DNA of 64,000 nucleotides from Giardia intestinalis (Eukaryota): assembly GCA_000002435.2 (NCBI GenBank), contig CM018789.1; one strand, given 5' to 3'. Below the pieces are notes generated by a model. That model saw only the letters and a list, made by a program, of their open reading frames with translations, did not search any database and was not told the origin of the DNA. This document shows positions 29,542 through 40,000 of the stretch, piece by piece. Made by a program: the position numbers and the translations under genes. Within the stretch, counting starts at the first letter, position 1; every line of letters begins with the position of its first letter.

Positions 29542-31197
29542 CTACGCTTTGCCTCTGCAGATGAACCACCAGCAGAGGAAGCCGACGAGCCCTCCGACGA
29601 CGACGATGGCTGCGACGGAGATGCCAGCGATGGCGCCCGTGGAGAGCCCGCTCTTGTTCGTGCTTCCGCCATTGTTAGCGCCGTCTGTTTTGATATAGCA
29701 GGTGACAGGGCCACCATTGCCACCAGTTGGAGGGGCACAGCTTACGCAATTAGGTATACCCTGAATGTTACCGCTTGTTTCAGAACACTTTTTACATCCT
29801 TTTCCAGCGTCAAGATAGTATCCGGGGAAGCACTCCGAACACTGCTGTGGAGAAGAACCTGCTGTACATTTTGAGCACCCGTCCGGACACGCTGGGCAGG
29901 AGCCTTGGTTATCTGCTGCTTGCCCATTGGCGCATGTTGTGCACTTTCCTTGCGAAGCTGTGGTGCATAGCTTGTCACCTGGGTACGTTGTCGACTGATA
30001 GCATCCGCCCGATTCCTTAAAGTACGCATCCTTACAAGAAGTGCACGTTCCATCCTGCCCCGGATTGCATCCTGCAATTGTCCTCTGAGTTATTGGCACA
30101 CAGACGCCGTCCACCGGGGCGAATCCGGCCTTGCACTTGCTGCAGTACTTCGAGCCCCCAACGACGGCCGTGCACTGGCCAGCCTCGCAGTTCTCTGCGT
30201 ACCTTCCCGTGCACTCTGGGATGCATGTGCCGGTGGCTCCACCGTTGCCCTTGCTCAGCACAGACCCGGGATAGCAGGCCGTACACGATGTGGCTTCTGC
30301 ATTACCATTGCACTCTGCACATGTGCTATGGCAGGAGGCACAGACACTAATGCCATCAGCACTACGGTCAGAATAGGTTCCAGCAGGGCACTTTTCTAAG
30401 CACGCGTTCCCCAGGGGGCTGAGCCACTTGATACCGCAATCTGAGCAAACAAGGGCCAGCTCTGTTTGTGCAGAGGAAGCCGTGGAGGAGCACTTTTTGC
30501 AGTCCGCGATGCCGTGTGTTGCGTCGCTGCATGAGAGGCACATCTTCTTCGAGCCATTAGAGTCCGTGACCTCCTTGGCGAAGTGCGTCTTATCAGATGT
30601 ACAGGCAGAGGCCGATACGCACACCCCCGAGCGGGCAGCAGCATTCGTCACCTTCAGATAGTTGTCTCCGCTGCAGCTAAGGCACTTATCGTCTTCACTC
30701 GTATTGGCGCCGCTGACGCACTCCTTGCAGCTGGAGTGGCACCCCGGCGTGGCGGCGGGGCAGGTGCCGTCTGCCTGTGGCTTTCCTGTGGCGCAGTCCG
30801 CGCACTTGTTTGCCTCGTTGCACCTTCTGCAGTTAGGGTCGGGGCAAACGAAGCATGCATTTCCTGCAGTATTAGGCTTTTCATTTTTACCGCAGGCCTT
30901 GCACACCAGGGCCGTGGGGTCGGTGCTGTCGGCGTAGTGGTCGTGGGCCCCCGTGCACTCGGCGTCCGTGACGCAGGCCCCGTCCTTCAGGTACTTCTTG
31001 TTGCTGGGGTCGTTGGGGTCGCATTTGGTGCATTTTTTCCCAGTTGAATCGCATTCAGCGCAACCATCGATCGATGGACTGCATGCATCAGCCAGTGCGA
31101 CTGCAAAAATCAAACCAATTCCTACCAACATTGAGGCCAGGAGCTGGCACAGCACCGCTCTGGTTTGCATTAAGAGGCGCACGGGATCCTGCTTCAT
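29542..31197 (-). CDS. vsp: Variant-specific surface protein (VSP), Cys-rich type I membrane protein
   Basis: Numerous CXXC motifs, a GGCY motif (KESGGCYQ), a C-terminal TM segment and the invariant cytoplasmic tail CRGKA-stop. The track ORF starts at a TTG (31293). In-frame ATGs lie at 31197 (MKQDPVRLL...), 31170 (MQTRAVLCQLLAS...) and 31131 (MLVGIGLIFAVALADA, a classic short signal peptide). The true start is one of these. Confidence 0.9.
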   Translation of the reverse strand: MKQDPVRLLMQTRAVLCQLLASMLVGIGLIFAVALADACSPSIDGCAECDSTGKKCTKCDPNDPSNKKYLKDGACVTDAECTGAHDHYADSTDPTALVCKACGKNEKPNTAGNACFVCPDPNCRRCNEANKCADCATGKPQADGTCPAATPGCHSSCKECVSGANTSEDDKCLSCSGDNYLKVTNAAARSGVCVSASACTSDKTHFAKEVTDSNGSKKMCLSCSDATHGIADCKKCSSTASSAQTELALVCSDCGIKWLSPLGNACLEKCPAGTYSDRSADGISVCASCHSTCAECNGNAEATSCTACYPGSVLSKGNGGATGTCIPECTGRYAENCEAGQCTAVVGGSKYCSKCKAGFAPVDGVCVPITQRTIAGCNPGQDGTCTSCKDAYFKESGGCYQSTTYPGDKLCTTASQGKCTTCANGQAADNQGSCPACPDGCSKCTAGSSPQQCSECFPGYYLDAGKGCKKCSETSGNIQGIPNCVSCAPPTGGNGGPVTCYIKTDGANNGGSTNKSGLSTGAIAGISVAAIVVVGGLVGFLCWWFICRGKA

Positions 31198-32148
31198 GTC
31201 ACGGAATTCAGTGGAGCACAGCGGCCAACGGAAGCGAGGGCACATCCTCAAGCTACACCGGAGACCCGTTAATGCAGCATCCGTCCTCAGCAAGCATGAC
31301 TGAGGAAGCCCAGCACTGGCTTTCCTTGCTGTGGGAAGGCATAAGTGTATACATAGACAATGAGTGCATCCATTGCTACATTAACCCAACTGGCGCTTGT
31401 GGCCCTTGACACCCATAGCTATCGTATCCTGCACCTGGCAGACTGCCCGAGTGACCATCGTGGGGGACACAGCGATCGTGATGCTCATGGAGTGGTACAG
31501 AGCTGAATATTAGAGATGGTATTGGTACATCCTGGTTCGTCCACTTCAACCAAGCGGTAGGTGATGCTCTGTACTTCCTAGTCGGAAGAGGTAGTCAGTT
31601 CTGACTTGAGACTCTCCAGCCTTTCGCGGTCCAAATTGCCAAGTTGCATCCTCTTTACTCAGACTTGAATAGTCTCTGAAAGAGTGACATTAAAGGTGGT
31701 GCTACCAAGCTCATTATCTATGCTTCATACAAATACCCTAGGGTAAGCATTAGGCTTTTACAGCAGGAGTAAGTGCAACGGTTTTCATCGGTCACGCTCT
31801 CTTCTAATTCTAACTGTGTAAAGATTGGTATTAATTAAAAGAGCTGTTGAGGGAAACTTTATTATCCTAAAGGGATAAGGAACTACACAAAATGAAGCAC
31901 TCTATTAGAGCAGAAATGCTCGACTATAAAAAGAAGTACATCGATAATAGATTGAGGTTCTCACCATTGACATTTTTCCCCTGTGCATAAGCACTCGCTG
32001 TCACAGTAATTGATCTGTAAATTTCTGCTTTATAACACAAAGCAAGGAAGCAGTTTTGTGAACACCTCATCCGATGTCTAGGCTCTTCATGCTAGACACA
32101 TTGATAACGAGATACCGATCGAAAGAGAAACCAATCCACGATGGAGGC
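31198..32148. other. About 950-bp gene-free region upstream of the VSP and downstream of TatD, which is unusually long for this compact genome
   Basis: No ORF of 60 aa or more that is not an artefact, and no RNA gene motifs seen. It contains a 33-aa ATG ORF at about 31893-31994. Confidence 0.4.
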
Positions 32149-33171
32149 TCATTCTAATACGTTATTATACGCAGGTGTCACAACATCCTCTAAATTAAAT
32201 AGTCTTCTGGAGTTTTCTGCTGTTATTCTTCTCACAACCGATGTTTTCTCCGAGAGCGATAGGGGATTAGGAGAACAGTTTTCGAAGGGATGAGTCGTGA
32301 TTGCTGCGAGAACCTCCGCAACTGCGTTGATGTGGGCAGGCTCTGTTCGGCCTTTAACAAAGCATGGACACTGCAGAGCACAATCACCACATTTCTTATC
32401 ATAATTGCAGGACTTAACTACTTGCCTAAAATGCTCCTTGGTTAATCCAGATAAATGAGAATAGCTAGCATGCGTCGGCTTGACTTCGCACCAAGGGCAA
32501 TCTGTTTCCAAGTGTATTCTACTCAAAGGAATGTTTCTCACAACCGACAAATTATCAGCGGTTTTGAGAGAACACCCGTTGATCCCAATATCAAATCCAA
32601 GGGCCAGGATACGGTTGCACAGATCCAGATCTCCATCAAAGCTATGCACTACGCCTTTTAGCCGGGGCTCCTTCTGTTTATAGTCCGCTAATATTTCTAG
32701 GAAATCAGTTCCTGCGTCCCTGCAATGCAAGAAGAGAGGTAGTGATGGCTGTTTGCTAAAGATATCCAATTGGAGCCTGAATGCCAGCTTTTGAATCTCC
32801 TTACCGGCAAAATGCAGACGAGCATAGTCTAATCCTAGCTCTCCATATGCGCGGACATAAACTGGGAGATTGCCACCGCAAACCAGCTGTTTTAAAACCT
32901 CCAGCGATGGCTTTGGAGAAAGATCTTCAGTCACCAGTTCTGCGGCACGAGTAGGGTGATACCCTATGGTGCATGAGAGTAGTGGCCACTTGTTCATGAG
33001 AGTTGCTGCAGCATTGTACTCTTCTAGATTGCCACAAGTCACAATCATGTGTTGAACGCCATACACCCTGGCTCTCTCTAACACATCTCCAAGATCTCGC
33101 CGATGTTTCTGAGATCCATTGTAGACTCCAGAATAAACATCGTCAAGTAAATTCGCCCCTATGTCTATCAT
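32149..33171 (-). CDS. TatD-family metal-dependent deoxyribonuclease, 340 aa
   Basis: N-terminal MIDIGANL and the TatD-like blocks YGVQHMIVTCG, LHCRDAG, GVVHSFDG, IGINGCSLKT and ETDCPWCE. ATG at 33169-33171 verified. Confidence 0.75.
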   Translation of the reverse strand: MIDIGANLLDDVYSGVYNGSQKHRRDLGDVLERARVYGVQHMIVTCGNLEEYNAAATLMNKWPLLSCTIGYHPTRAAELVTEDLSPKPSLEVLKQLVCGGNLPVYVRAYGELGLDYARLHFAGKEIQKLAFRLQLDIFSKQPSLPLFLHCRDAGTDFLEILADYKQKEPRLKGVVHSFDGDLDLCNRILALGFDIGINGCSLKTADNLSVVRNIPLSRIHLETDCPWCEVKPTHASYSHLSGLTKEHFRQVVKSCNYDKKCGDCALQCPCFVKGRTEPAHINAVAEVLAAITTHPFENCSPNPLSLSEKTSVVRRITAENSRRLFNLEDVVTPAYNNVLE

Positions 33172-33247
33172 GCTTAAGCTGCGCTTTTATTTCTATTTCT
33201 AAGGGCTTAAAATCTAAAGATCAGAAATTAAAAAACTTAAGACAGAA

Positions 33248-36200
33248 ATGGCCAGTAAGCGAGTGTTTATCTCACACTTAGACACGGCACCAGCCAGAGC
33301 ATGCTCGCAAGTTTTTCGAGCCTTTGGGTGGGAGGTCTATGGCACCATTCTGGATTCGGACGCAGCCCTTCCTACTCCATGCGATGCAACTGAAATTATA
33401 CCTTCTCGCTCACAGGATTCGGAAGCATTTGCGCGCGGGATTTTATCCTGCGCAGCGATAATATATGACCTTTTGGCCCCCGATGAAGCTATAGCAGCAC
33501 TAGAGCTAGTTGCTCTATCTCCAAACAAGCGGAAGTTCATCTGCCTTTCTTCATTTTTGACATGGTGCCGTACAGAGTTACCTCCGCGACAGCTGGAAGA
33601 CAAAGAGGAGTCGGTTTTGGAAGAAGACCTTCCAGATGAGAAGGAGCTTGAACCCGATGAGGTGGTTGAGCTATATCGAGCTGCCCATAAAAAGGCTCCC
33701 TTTTGGGTGCTCAATAAGATAAAGAAGAGAGAGGAGGAAGAACGTCGTGCCCGTGAAGAAGAAGAACAAGAAGAGCAAGAGGAGCAAGAGAATCCTGAGG
33801 AGCCGGAAGAAGAGTATGAATATGAAGAAGTAGAAGAAGAATACGATGATGAGGACGACGAAGCGGTACCTGAGGATGATAACGAGGACCATCAGGAAGA
33901 GAGTGGCGAGGAAGACGAGGATAACGGAGATAACGAGGATAATGAAGTCGTAGAAGACACCACCAAACGGCGACGCTTTCGAATAGTGCGTAAAAGGGTT
34001 CCTAAAAAGAAGCCTCTAGAAATGCCAGTAGAAGAATCTGAACACGAGGATAGGATAGAGCAGGGACCAGACGAGGAGCTTCAGGAGCCAGATGATGCAG
34101 AGCCAGAAGAAGAGTATGAGTACGAGGAGGAGTGGAGCGAATCGGAGGAGCCGGTAGAAGAGAACTCTGAAGAACGTGAAGAGCGGTTGCTTCAGCTCAA
34201 GAAATATGGTATCTCTGAATCTGATCACGAGCGTCGTCGTCCTCATCCGGATTTTCGGATCCTCCTGACTACAGAAAAGGATATTGCCAAACGCCTCTCA
34301 AGCAGAGAAAATCTAGAGGGCGCTATAGTTATCCCGGGGCTAATTTATGGTTACGGAGAAACATCTTTAGTCCCCCTTTATAGGAGCATATACGAGGGAA
34401 AGCTCACTCAGATACCACTTTACTTTGGGGGGCATACACGTTCAATTCCAACAGTTTATGCCTTAGACCTTGCACTTCTTGTCCACAGCCTTGTCATAGA
34501 TGTGTGTCCAGACAAGGAACAGCCGTATGTGTTCGCAGTTGAACGGCAAATATGCACGTCCAAGCAGCTGGCAGAGGCCATGGGTCAAAAGTTGCTTTTA
34601 CCTGATCCTCTTCGAGATAAACTTGCAAAGGACATGGATGAGCGCCTTCGAACTACAAAACCTAAGCCTCTTACCAAGCAGACTTTCAGAGAATATGTTA
34701 AGATTCGTGATGCTCCACAATCTTTGCCAAACTATATTAGAGAAGTCGATAAAGAAGAGACACGGCTTGGTGACTCTATCCTAGAATTAACGGTTGATTC
34801 TCCGATGATTTTGGGATTCGCCTCCAACGACTTACTAGGAGGGAAGTTTCCTCTGTTTGCTAGGTCTGGATTTATTGATAACATTGAGCTGTCGTACTCT
34901 GAGTTTCTTGCCGCATGGGGGCTCAAGCCTGTTCGAATATTCATTCAGAAAGACCCTGATACGTCCATGGAGCTTGCTGACAAGCTTGCAATGGTGCTCA
35001 CAAAGTACCTGAGCTTGGATAGCAGAGATGATCGTCGTACCAGCTCTGCATATGTTAAGGATCTTGCTGATAAGATATCCACGGGAAAATTAACAAAAGA
35101 TGAGGTCATCTCTACGTCACGGATAAAGATTATCGACGGAATGTCCTATACACTGTCTACATTATCTAATCTTTTCCACGATCTGGCAATGGATTATCGT
35201 ACCCGTCAGTATGGCTGGATCTTAATTGGTCTTCCTCTAGGGATGTTGCCTGAAGATGTGTTTGGTCGCCCGGCGATTATAGATAAATATAAAGAGTATG
35301 CAGATGTGGGTCTTCTACCGCCTAAGTCAGTCAAGCATGAAGAAGGTGAAGGGGAAGACGTTGAGCCTGAAGAGGAAAATAGTGACGGGGAAGAGGAGTT
35401 GGAAGAGGAGGATGTAGAGGTGGATGAAAGTGATAGAATAGAAAAGATACGTGAGCGCATATTGCTCCCATACACTGCTCCTGCACACCCCTTTACACGA
35501 GGAAGAGTAGGAAGGGAGCACCTCAAGGAAGGTCCTAGGAATAGTCTCGACTTTTATGATAGTAACGTTTCTATTGAACACCCTGATGGAATACGCATTC
35601 CATGGCCAGAGTACATTATCGACTTGCCAAAGCTGGATAGATACGGTGCATCTCAGGACGAGCTGTCTGCTCTGGCAATTATTGAGCGCTTCTGTGAATA
35701 TTGCGTCGAGGTTAACGGAGAGCGAAAGAAGAAAAGCCTGGTAGAAGATACTGAGACACCAGAAGAAGCAAATGAGGAAGATGAAGGAAGGAAAAAGCGT
35801 AAACGTAAGGTAAAACCAGAGCCCCCAACTGAGCATTACCATACGACTGAGCTCACACGACATGAAGCAGAGGTGGAAGCATGGCATAAGGCTGAAGAAG
35901 CTGCAGCGGATATTTATCGACGAATGGAGCACGAACGTCTTAAGCATGTTCGACGACAATGGATAAAGGCCGTAAAGAAGCAATGCATTAAAAAGATAAA
36001 TAAGCTAGCAGAGAAGGGCGAGCCCGGTATTGTTCCATATGATTCGGCAAACTATACGTGGATAGAAGACTTTAATCTTGTAGGTCTTGATCCGCGTTTG
36101 GATCTTGACGTTATAAAGATTCCAAAAAAGGTCGCTTCTGAGTCAGATGAAGTAGAGGACAACCAAGCGGTTGATAATGAACAAGATGAGAATACGCATT

Positions 36201-37036
36201 CGGGAAGTTATACGGACGAAAATGGAGAGCAGCGTAAGGCTCCTCCCTTGATTAACCCAGATGATTATGATTTAGGCATTGAAGACGAAGAGAAGTATGA
36301 GCAATTGCGGCAGCAGAAGCTTGAGAAGATGAAACAAAACCAATTGCGGAAAGAAGAGAAGAAACGAAAGATTGAGGCTGGCGAGGAGGTCTCCGAAGAC
36401 GAGCCTACTGAAGAGGAGGAGGAGTTTGATGAAACAGGCCGTCGAAAGCGTACAACTCCCAAACCAAAGCCGTTTAAAGACGCACCAAAGGTCCCCATTA
36501 ATTACCAAGACATCCCTCTACCAGAGCACCATCATCGTGGATTTGCATGGCTTATTGAGTCATTAACAACGATCAAAGAGGTCCCTTATGGCGTATCGAA
36601 TATATTCTCTCCGTACTTTAACTCGTCGAGGTACACTTCCTTTGAAACTCTTTGTCAGGCTATAATGAGCTTTGTTGGTCCAAGCAGGGGATTCGGCAAA
36701 ACGAGGGAAGAGAGAAAGCAACAAGAGGAGGTTATAAAGCGACAGGAAGTCATTAGACGCCAGTTATTAGAAGAAAACCTCCTGAGGAAGGCCGAGGAAC
36801 ATAGGATAATAGAGGAGAAACGAAAACAAGATCTTTACAACATCCGTGAGGAACTTATCAGCAACGAAGAGCGTCGAATCAAAGACCTTTCTATCCCAAT
36901 CAGGAAGTATCTTACACAAACAGTCATGAAAGACTTAATTGACGGACTTGTGGAGGTGTCTAAACTCAGACCCAATGACCCCGTTCGTTACTTAGGGGAG
37001 TTCTTGATGGAGCGGTCGGTCAAAGACATAGAATAG
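33248..37036 (+). CDS. Adenylate kinase 7 (AK7)-like flagellar protein with a degenerate P-loop, long acidic/coiled-coil insertions and a C-terminal Dpy-30 motif, 1262 aa
   Basis: N-terminal block (KRVFISHLDT, AAIIYDLL, DEAIAALELVALS, KRKFICLSSFLTW, RRRPHPDF, IPTVYALDLALLV) parallels the AK7 N-domain as I recall it. GLKPVRIFIQKDPDTSMELADKLA aligns to AK7 [25 protein letters not shown], but the Walker A GxxxxGK[ST] is lost. GWILIGLP aligns to GYILDGFP with the catalytic Asp replaced. C-terminal IRKYLTQTVMKDLIDGLVEVSKLRPNDPVRYLGEFLMERS is a Dpy-30/RIIa-type motif. Long E-rich tracts separate these blocks. Confidence 0.6.
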   Translation: MASKRVFISHLDTAPARACSQVFRAFGWEVYGTILDSDAALPTPCDATEIIPSRSQDSEAFARGILSCAAIIYDLLAPDEAIAALELVALSPNKRKFICLSSFLTWCRTELPPRQLEDKEESVLEEDLPDEKELEPDEVVELYRAAHKKAPFWVLNKIKKREEEERRAREEEEQEEQEEQENPEEPEEEYEYEEVEEEYDDEDDEAVPEDDNEDHQEESGEEDEDNGDNEDNEVVEDTTKRRRFRIVRKRVPKKKPLEMPVEESEHEDRIEQGPDEELQEPDDAEPEEEYEYEEEWSESEEPVEENSEEREERLLQLKKYGISESDHERRRPHPDFRILLTTEKDIAKRLSSRENLEGAIVIPGLIYGYGETSLVPLYRSIYEGKLTQIPLYFGGHTRSIPTVYALDLALLVHSLVIDVCPDKEQPYVFAVERQICTSKQLAEAMGQKLLLPDPLRDKLAKDMDERLRTTKPKPLTKQTFREYVKIRDAPQSLPNYIREVDKEETRLGDSILELTVDSPMILGFASNDLLGGKFPLFARSGFIDNIELSYSEFLAAWGLKPVRIFIQKDPDTSMELADKLAMVLTKYLSLDSRDDRRTSSAYVKDLADKISTGKLTKDEVISTSRIKIIDGMSYTLSTLSNLFHDLAMDYRTRQYGWILIGLPLGMLPEDVFGRPAIIDKYKEYADVGLLPPKSVKHEEGEGEDVEPEEENSDGEEELEEEDVEVDESDRIEKIRERILLPYTAPAHPFTRGRVGREHLKEGPRNSLDFYDSNVSIEHPDGIRIPWPEYIIDLPKLDRYGASQDELSALAIIERFCEYCVEVNGERKKKSLVEDTETPEEANEEDEGRKKRKRKVKPEPPTEHYHTTELTRHEAEVEAWHKAEEAAADIYRRMEHERLKHVRRQWIKAVKKQCIKKINKLAEKGEPGIVPYDSANYTWIEDFNLVGLDPRLDLDVIKIPKKVASESDEVEDNQAVDNEQDENTHSGSYTDENGEQRKAPPLINPDDYDLGIEDEEKYEQLRQQKLEKMKQNQLRKEEKKRKIEAGEEVSEDEPTEEEEEFDETGRRKRTTPKPKPFKDAPKVPINYQDIPLPEHHHRGFAWLIESLTTIKEVPYGVSNIFSPYFNSSRYTSFETLCQAIMSFVGPSRGFGKTREERKQQEEVIKRQEVIRRQLLEENLLRKAEEHRIIEEKRKQDLYNIREELISNEERRIKDLSIPIRKYLTQTVMKDLIDGLVEVSKLRPNDPVRYLGEFLMERSVKDIE

Positions 37037-37050
37037 CTTCTGCCACTGAT

Positions 37051-40000
37051 CTAACTTTTATACAGGATTTTTTTCAGCTCTTTGGCAAGATCTGCATTAT
37101 TGTTAGATATATCTACGAATACATCAATAAATGCTTCCTTGTATGCCTCTCTGAGGTCGAATACGAGACGCTTTATCAACCTATTATCCCTAGTAGTCTT
37201 AAACTCAAAGATCCCGTAATCAAGGGCTTTATGCAGTAATGAGCGGAGGACTGCGTGGTGCAGGGATAAATCTATGAGGGTAGTCACAGGAGCTGGTGCC
37301 AGTTGAGACATTAAGATGTTTCCTTGTGCGATTACTCTCCCTAACACGTATTGGATGAGAACCTTTGACAGCAGAACAGACTCTGTTTGCAAGATGCTGA
37401 AGATGGGGGCCACCAGTCCACTAACATCTGTGAAGTGGAGCATATGCTGTGCAGATGCTGCGGTGCCGCTGGCTAGAAAGCTTTGGATGTGCAGAATAAA
37501 AAGAGACCCGTTGGAAAGGGCTAGTTGTACGCTGCTATCAGAAAGATAGACATACTCTGGGGAGTATTGTAGGTCTAAGGTAGATTGCAGTGTTATAACA
37601 ATCTTGGTGTCAACCACTCTAAAAAGCAGAATGTGATGCTCAAACGTGACTCTATTTTTCAGTAAAATGAATGAGTTGCAATCACTGCTTGAAACGGAAT
37701 CAGTCTCCTTTATGGCGAACTCGCGTCCGCTGTCTTTTTTGGCTCTCACTGATAGGATCATATTGCTTTCCCCACATGCGATCGGCACTAGAAGATGCGG
37801 ATTGAATAGGCGTGAATGTGTGCTAATAATTGAGAGTGTTGATGCTGTAGAATAGCAAATAAGATGAGCCGTTCCGTTAGATAAAACGAGCATAAAAACG
37901 TCCTTTGAGAGAATCAAATAGTCCATTGGAGACCCGTCTAACAAAAGATTAGCAGTAGATGGGCAAGTATTTGAAGATATAAGGGATGGAGAAAAATAGT
38001 CTGAAGGAACAAGCCTCGTGACAGTAAACTCTTCTTGTGGCAGTACAAGTCTGTTCAGCAGTCCAGTCTCTTCAGGATATGTCAATAAGTCTGGGCTTGC
38101 TTTAACGAAGGCGTTAGGAGCGGGATGTGCGGTAGGTAAAACAGGTAGTGCGTTGAGATCTTTGATAGTGGTATCAGCAACTGCTATGTGAGGGTTGGCG
38201 GTAGATTTAAAATCTGCCTGCCCATTTTGTGGATCACCTGATCGTGCTAATAGATTAGTTGTTTGTTCTAATAGTTCATTTGAGCGGTCTCCAAAAAACT
38301 CAGCTATCTCCTCTTCCTCTGGTAACAAAGCCCATAACTGATCTCTATCTGTATGATTTGAAGCCCCAATTCTAATGTCTTCCGATAAGGGCTCTTCTGC
38401 TGATGGAAATTCATAGAAACTATATTCATCTTTAACAGAAACCTTGACATATGCAGTCCTTGGGAGATGCAAACTTGGGACATGCTCACTCTCATCTTGA
38501 TCGCTAGCAACGCATTCTGAAAGCATCGCTTTGTCGGGATCTAGCTCGGGTGAGTGTTGCGCCATATCAAAGCCAGTGGTTTTATTTGTATACATACTCA
38601 CCCCATGCTGTGATGAGTCATCAGACATCTCATATACCGAGTGCTGAATTGTTGCTGTAGCTTTTTTTACGCTAAGGATCCGTATTATGTCCACTATTGG
38701 GAGTTCTATAGAATAGATTGTACGAACGTTTTTAAGAATGCGAGTAGTGTGTGTGGCACTCTCTTTGCCTTCCTCAGAAAAAGTCTCCTGACCTGCTATA
38801 TCTGCGACTCCAATGACATAGAGCGTAAACACAGAACGTGCACGATCACTCGTGTTGCCCAAGGTTGATGTCCATGTCATCTTTTCGGCGAGAAGCGGCA
38901 GTTTAGCGGAGAAGATACGATGGTGATGCAGTGGCACTAGGTATATGTGAACGTATCCCCGGGTATCTGCGCAGGCCACGAGCTCAACTGTTGGCAACGC
39001 AAGAAATGCTTCCAGATCAACCCCACTATCCGATACAAATTTGTGATGAAGCTTATTATCAGATGGTAGCATGAATGACACGCAAGAAATGGCTGTGGCC
39101 ACAATGGGGTATCCGGTGTAGATTGTTAGCGGTATCTCCGAGAGCTTTGATGTGTCGGAGTATGCATTGAAACAACTGCGTGCTACAAGTCTGCAGACAG
39201 GAAGGTTCTTCTTAAAACATCTCAATGTATCGGACTGCTTAGCTATCTGCTTATCTATGGAGTATATCCCAAATGGAAAGACCACAGATCGTGGGGAGAT
39301 GGACAAATGCATTGTTGGAAAGCGAAATACAGATTGCACAGGTTCAAAAATGCTATTTCTATATTGCAATCTGGAGAAATAGAGCTCAGTAAGCGCAGTA
39401 TCACCGTTATCGACCTCAAAGCACTTTATAAAATTGGTTGCAAAATGGGGAGTTCTCCTGTCTCCATCTTCATACATCACTTCGCCACACACGATGAGCT
39501 TCTCCTTCTGAGGGGTTGTAGGGCGTGATGCTCTGATAAGTAATAAACTTTGGATTTTATTTATAAGTCCATCCTTGCTCTCCAACGGATTGACGCTACT
39601 AATGCAACACACACAGGAGTCTAAATCGGTGGATGTTATGTTTGCTATGGATAATGCTGACAAGCCTGACGCTAGTTTATGAACATCATCGTGAACAAGC
39701 ACTGAGTAGGCGTCCTTGGCAGATTGATCCTCCTTAAGCGTCACTGTGAAGACTATATGCTCACGCTTGTTGAAGGCGAGTACAAAGACACACGGTCTTA
39801 TTGCAGACCAGACAATATTATCAAACATATCCACAAAGAGCTTATCTCCTGACACGGTTGTGCACTCCTCATGTGACATGTGGGCGAGAAATTTGCAGGT
39901 GCGAGGGTGTGAGGAGGGATCTCGTGATTGAATGATGGTCAGTTCATAGAACAAGATCAAGTTGGAAGTGTATACAACCAAGTACCGCTCATCGGGGGAG

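Noticed and set aside
28437-29564. Overlapping ORFs in the GC island, e.g. 28460-29170(-) 236 aa, 29001-29564(+) 187 aa and 28437-28904(+)
   Set aside because: They give Arg/Pro/Gly/Ala-rich low-complexity translations on both strands simultaneously, with no motifs. This is a typical artefact of stop-poor GC-rich DNA.
31500-31540. tRNA-like T-arm candidate (cctggttcgtccac)
   Set aside because: The loop TTCGTCC lacks the conserved A58 and flanking stems. No acceptor or anticodon arms could be built. No tRNA, rRNA or CRISPR array was found anywhere in the window.
31893-31994. 33-aa ATG ORF (MKHSIRAEMLDYKKKYIDNRLRFSPLTFFPCA) with an A-rich initiator in the VSP upstream desert
   Set aside because: Too short and with no conservation evidence. 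It is mentioned only because the region is otherwise empty.
33337-36508. Multiple minus-strand ORFs (33337-33714, 33671-33892, 34016-34246, 35327-35983, 36265-36508) inside the AK7-like gene
   Set aside because: Antisense to GAA/GAG-rich acidic tracts. The translations are poly-F/L/S low complexity.
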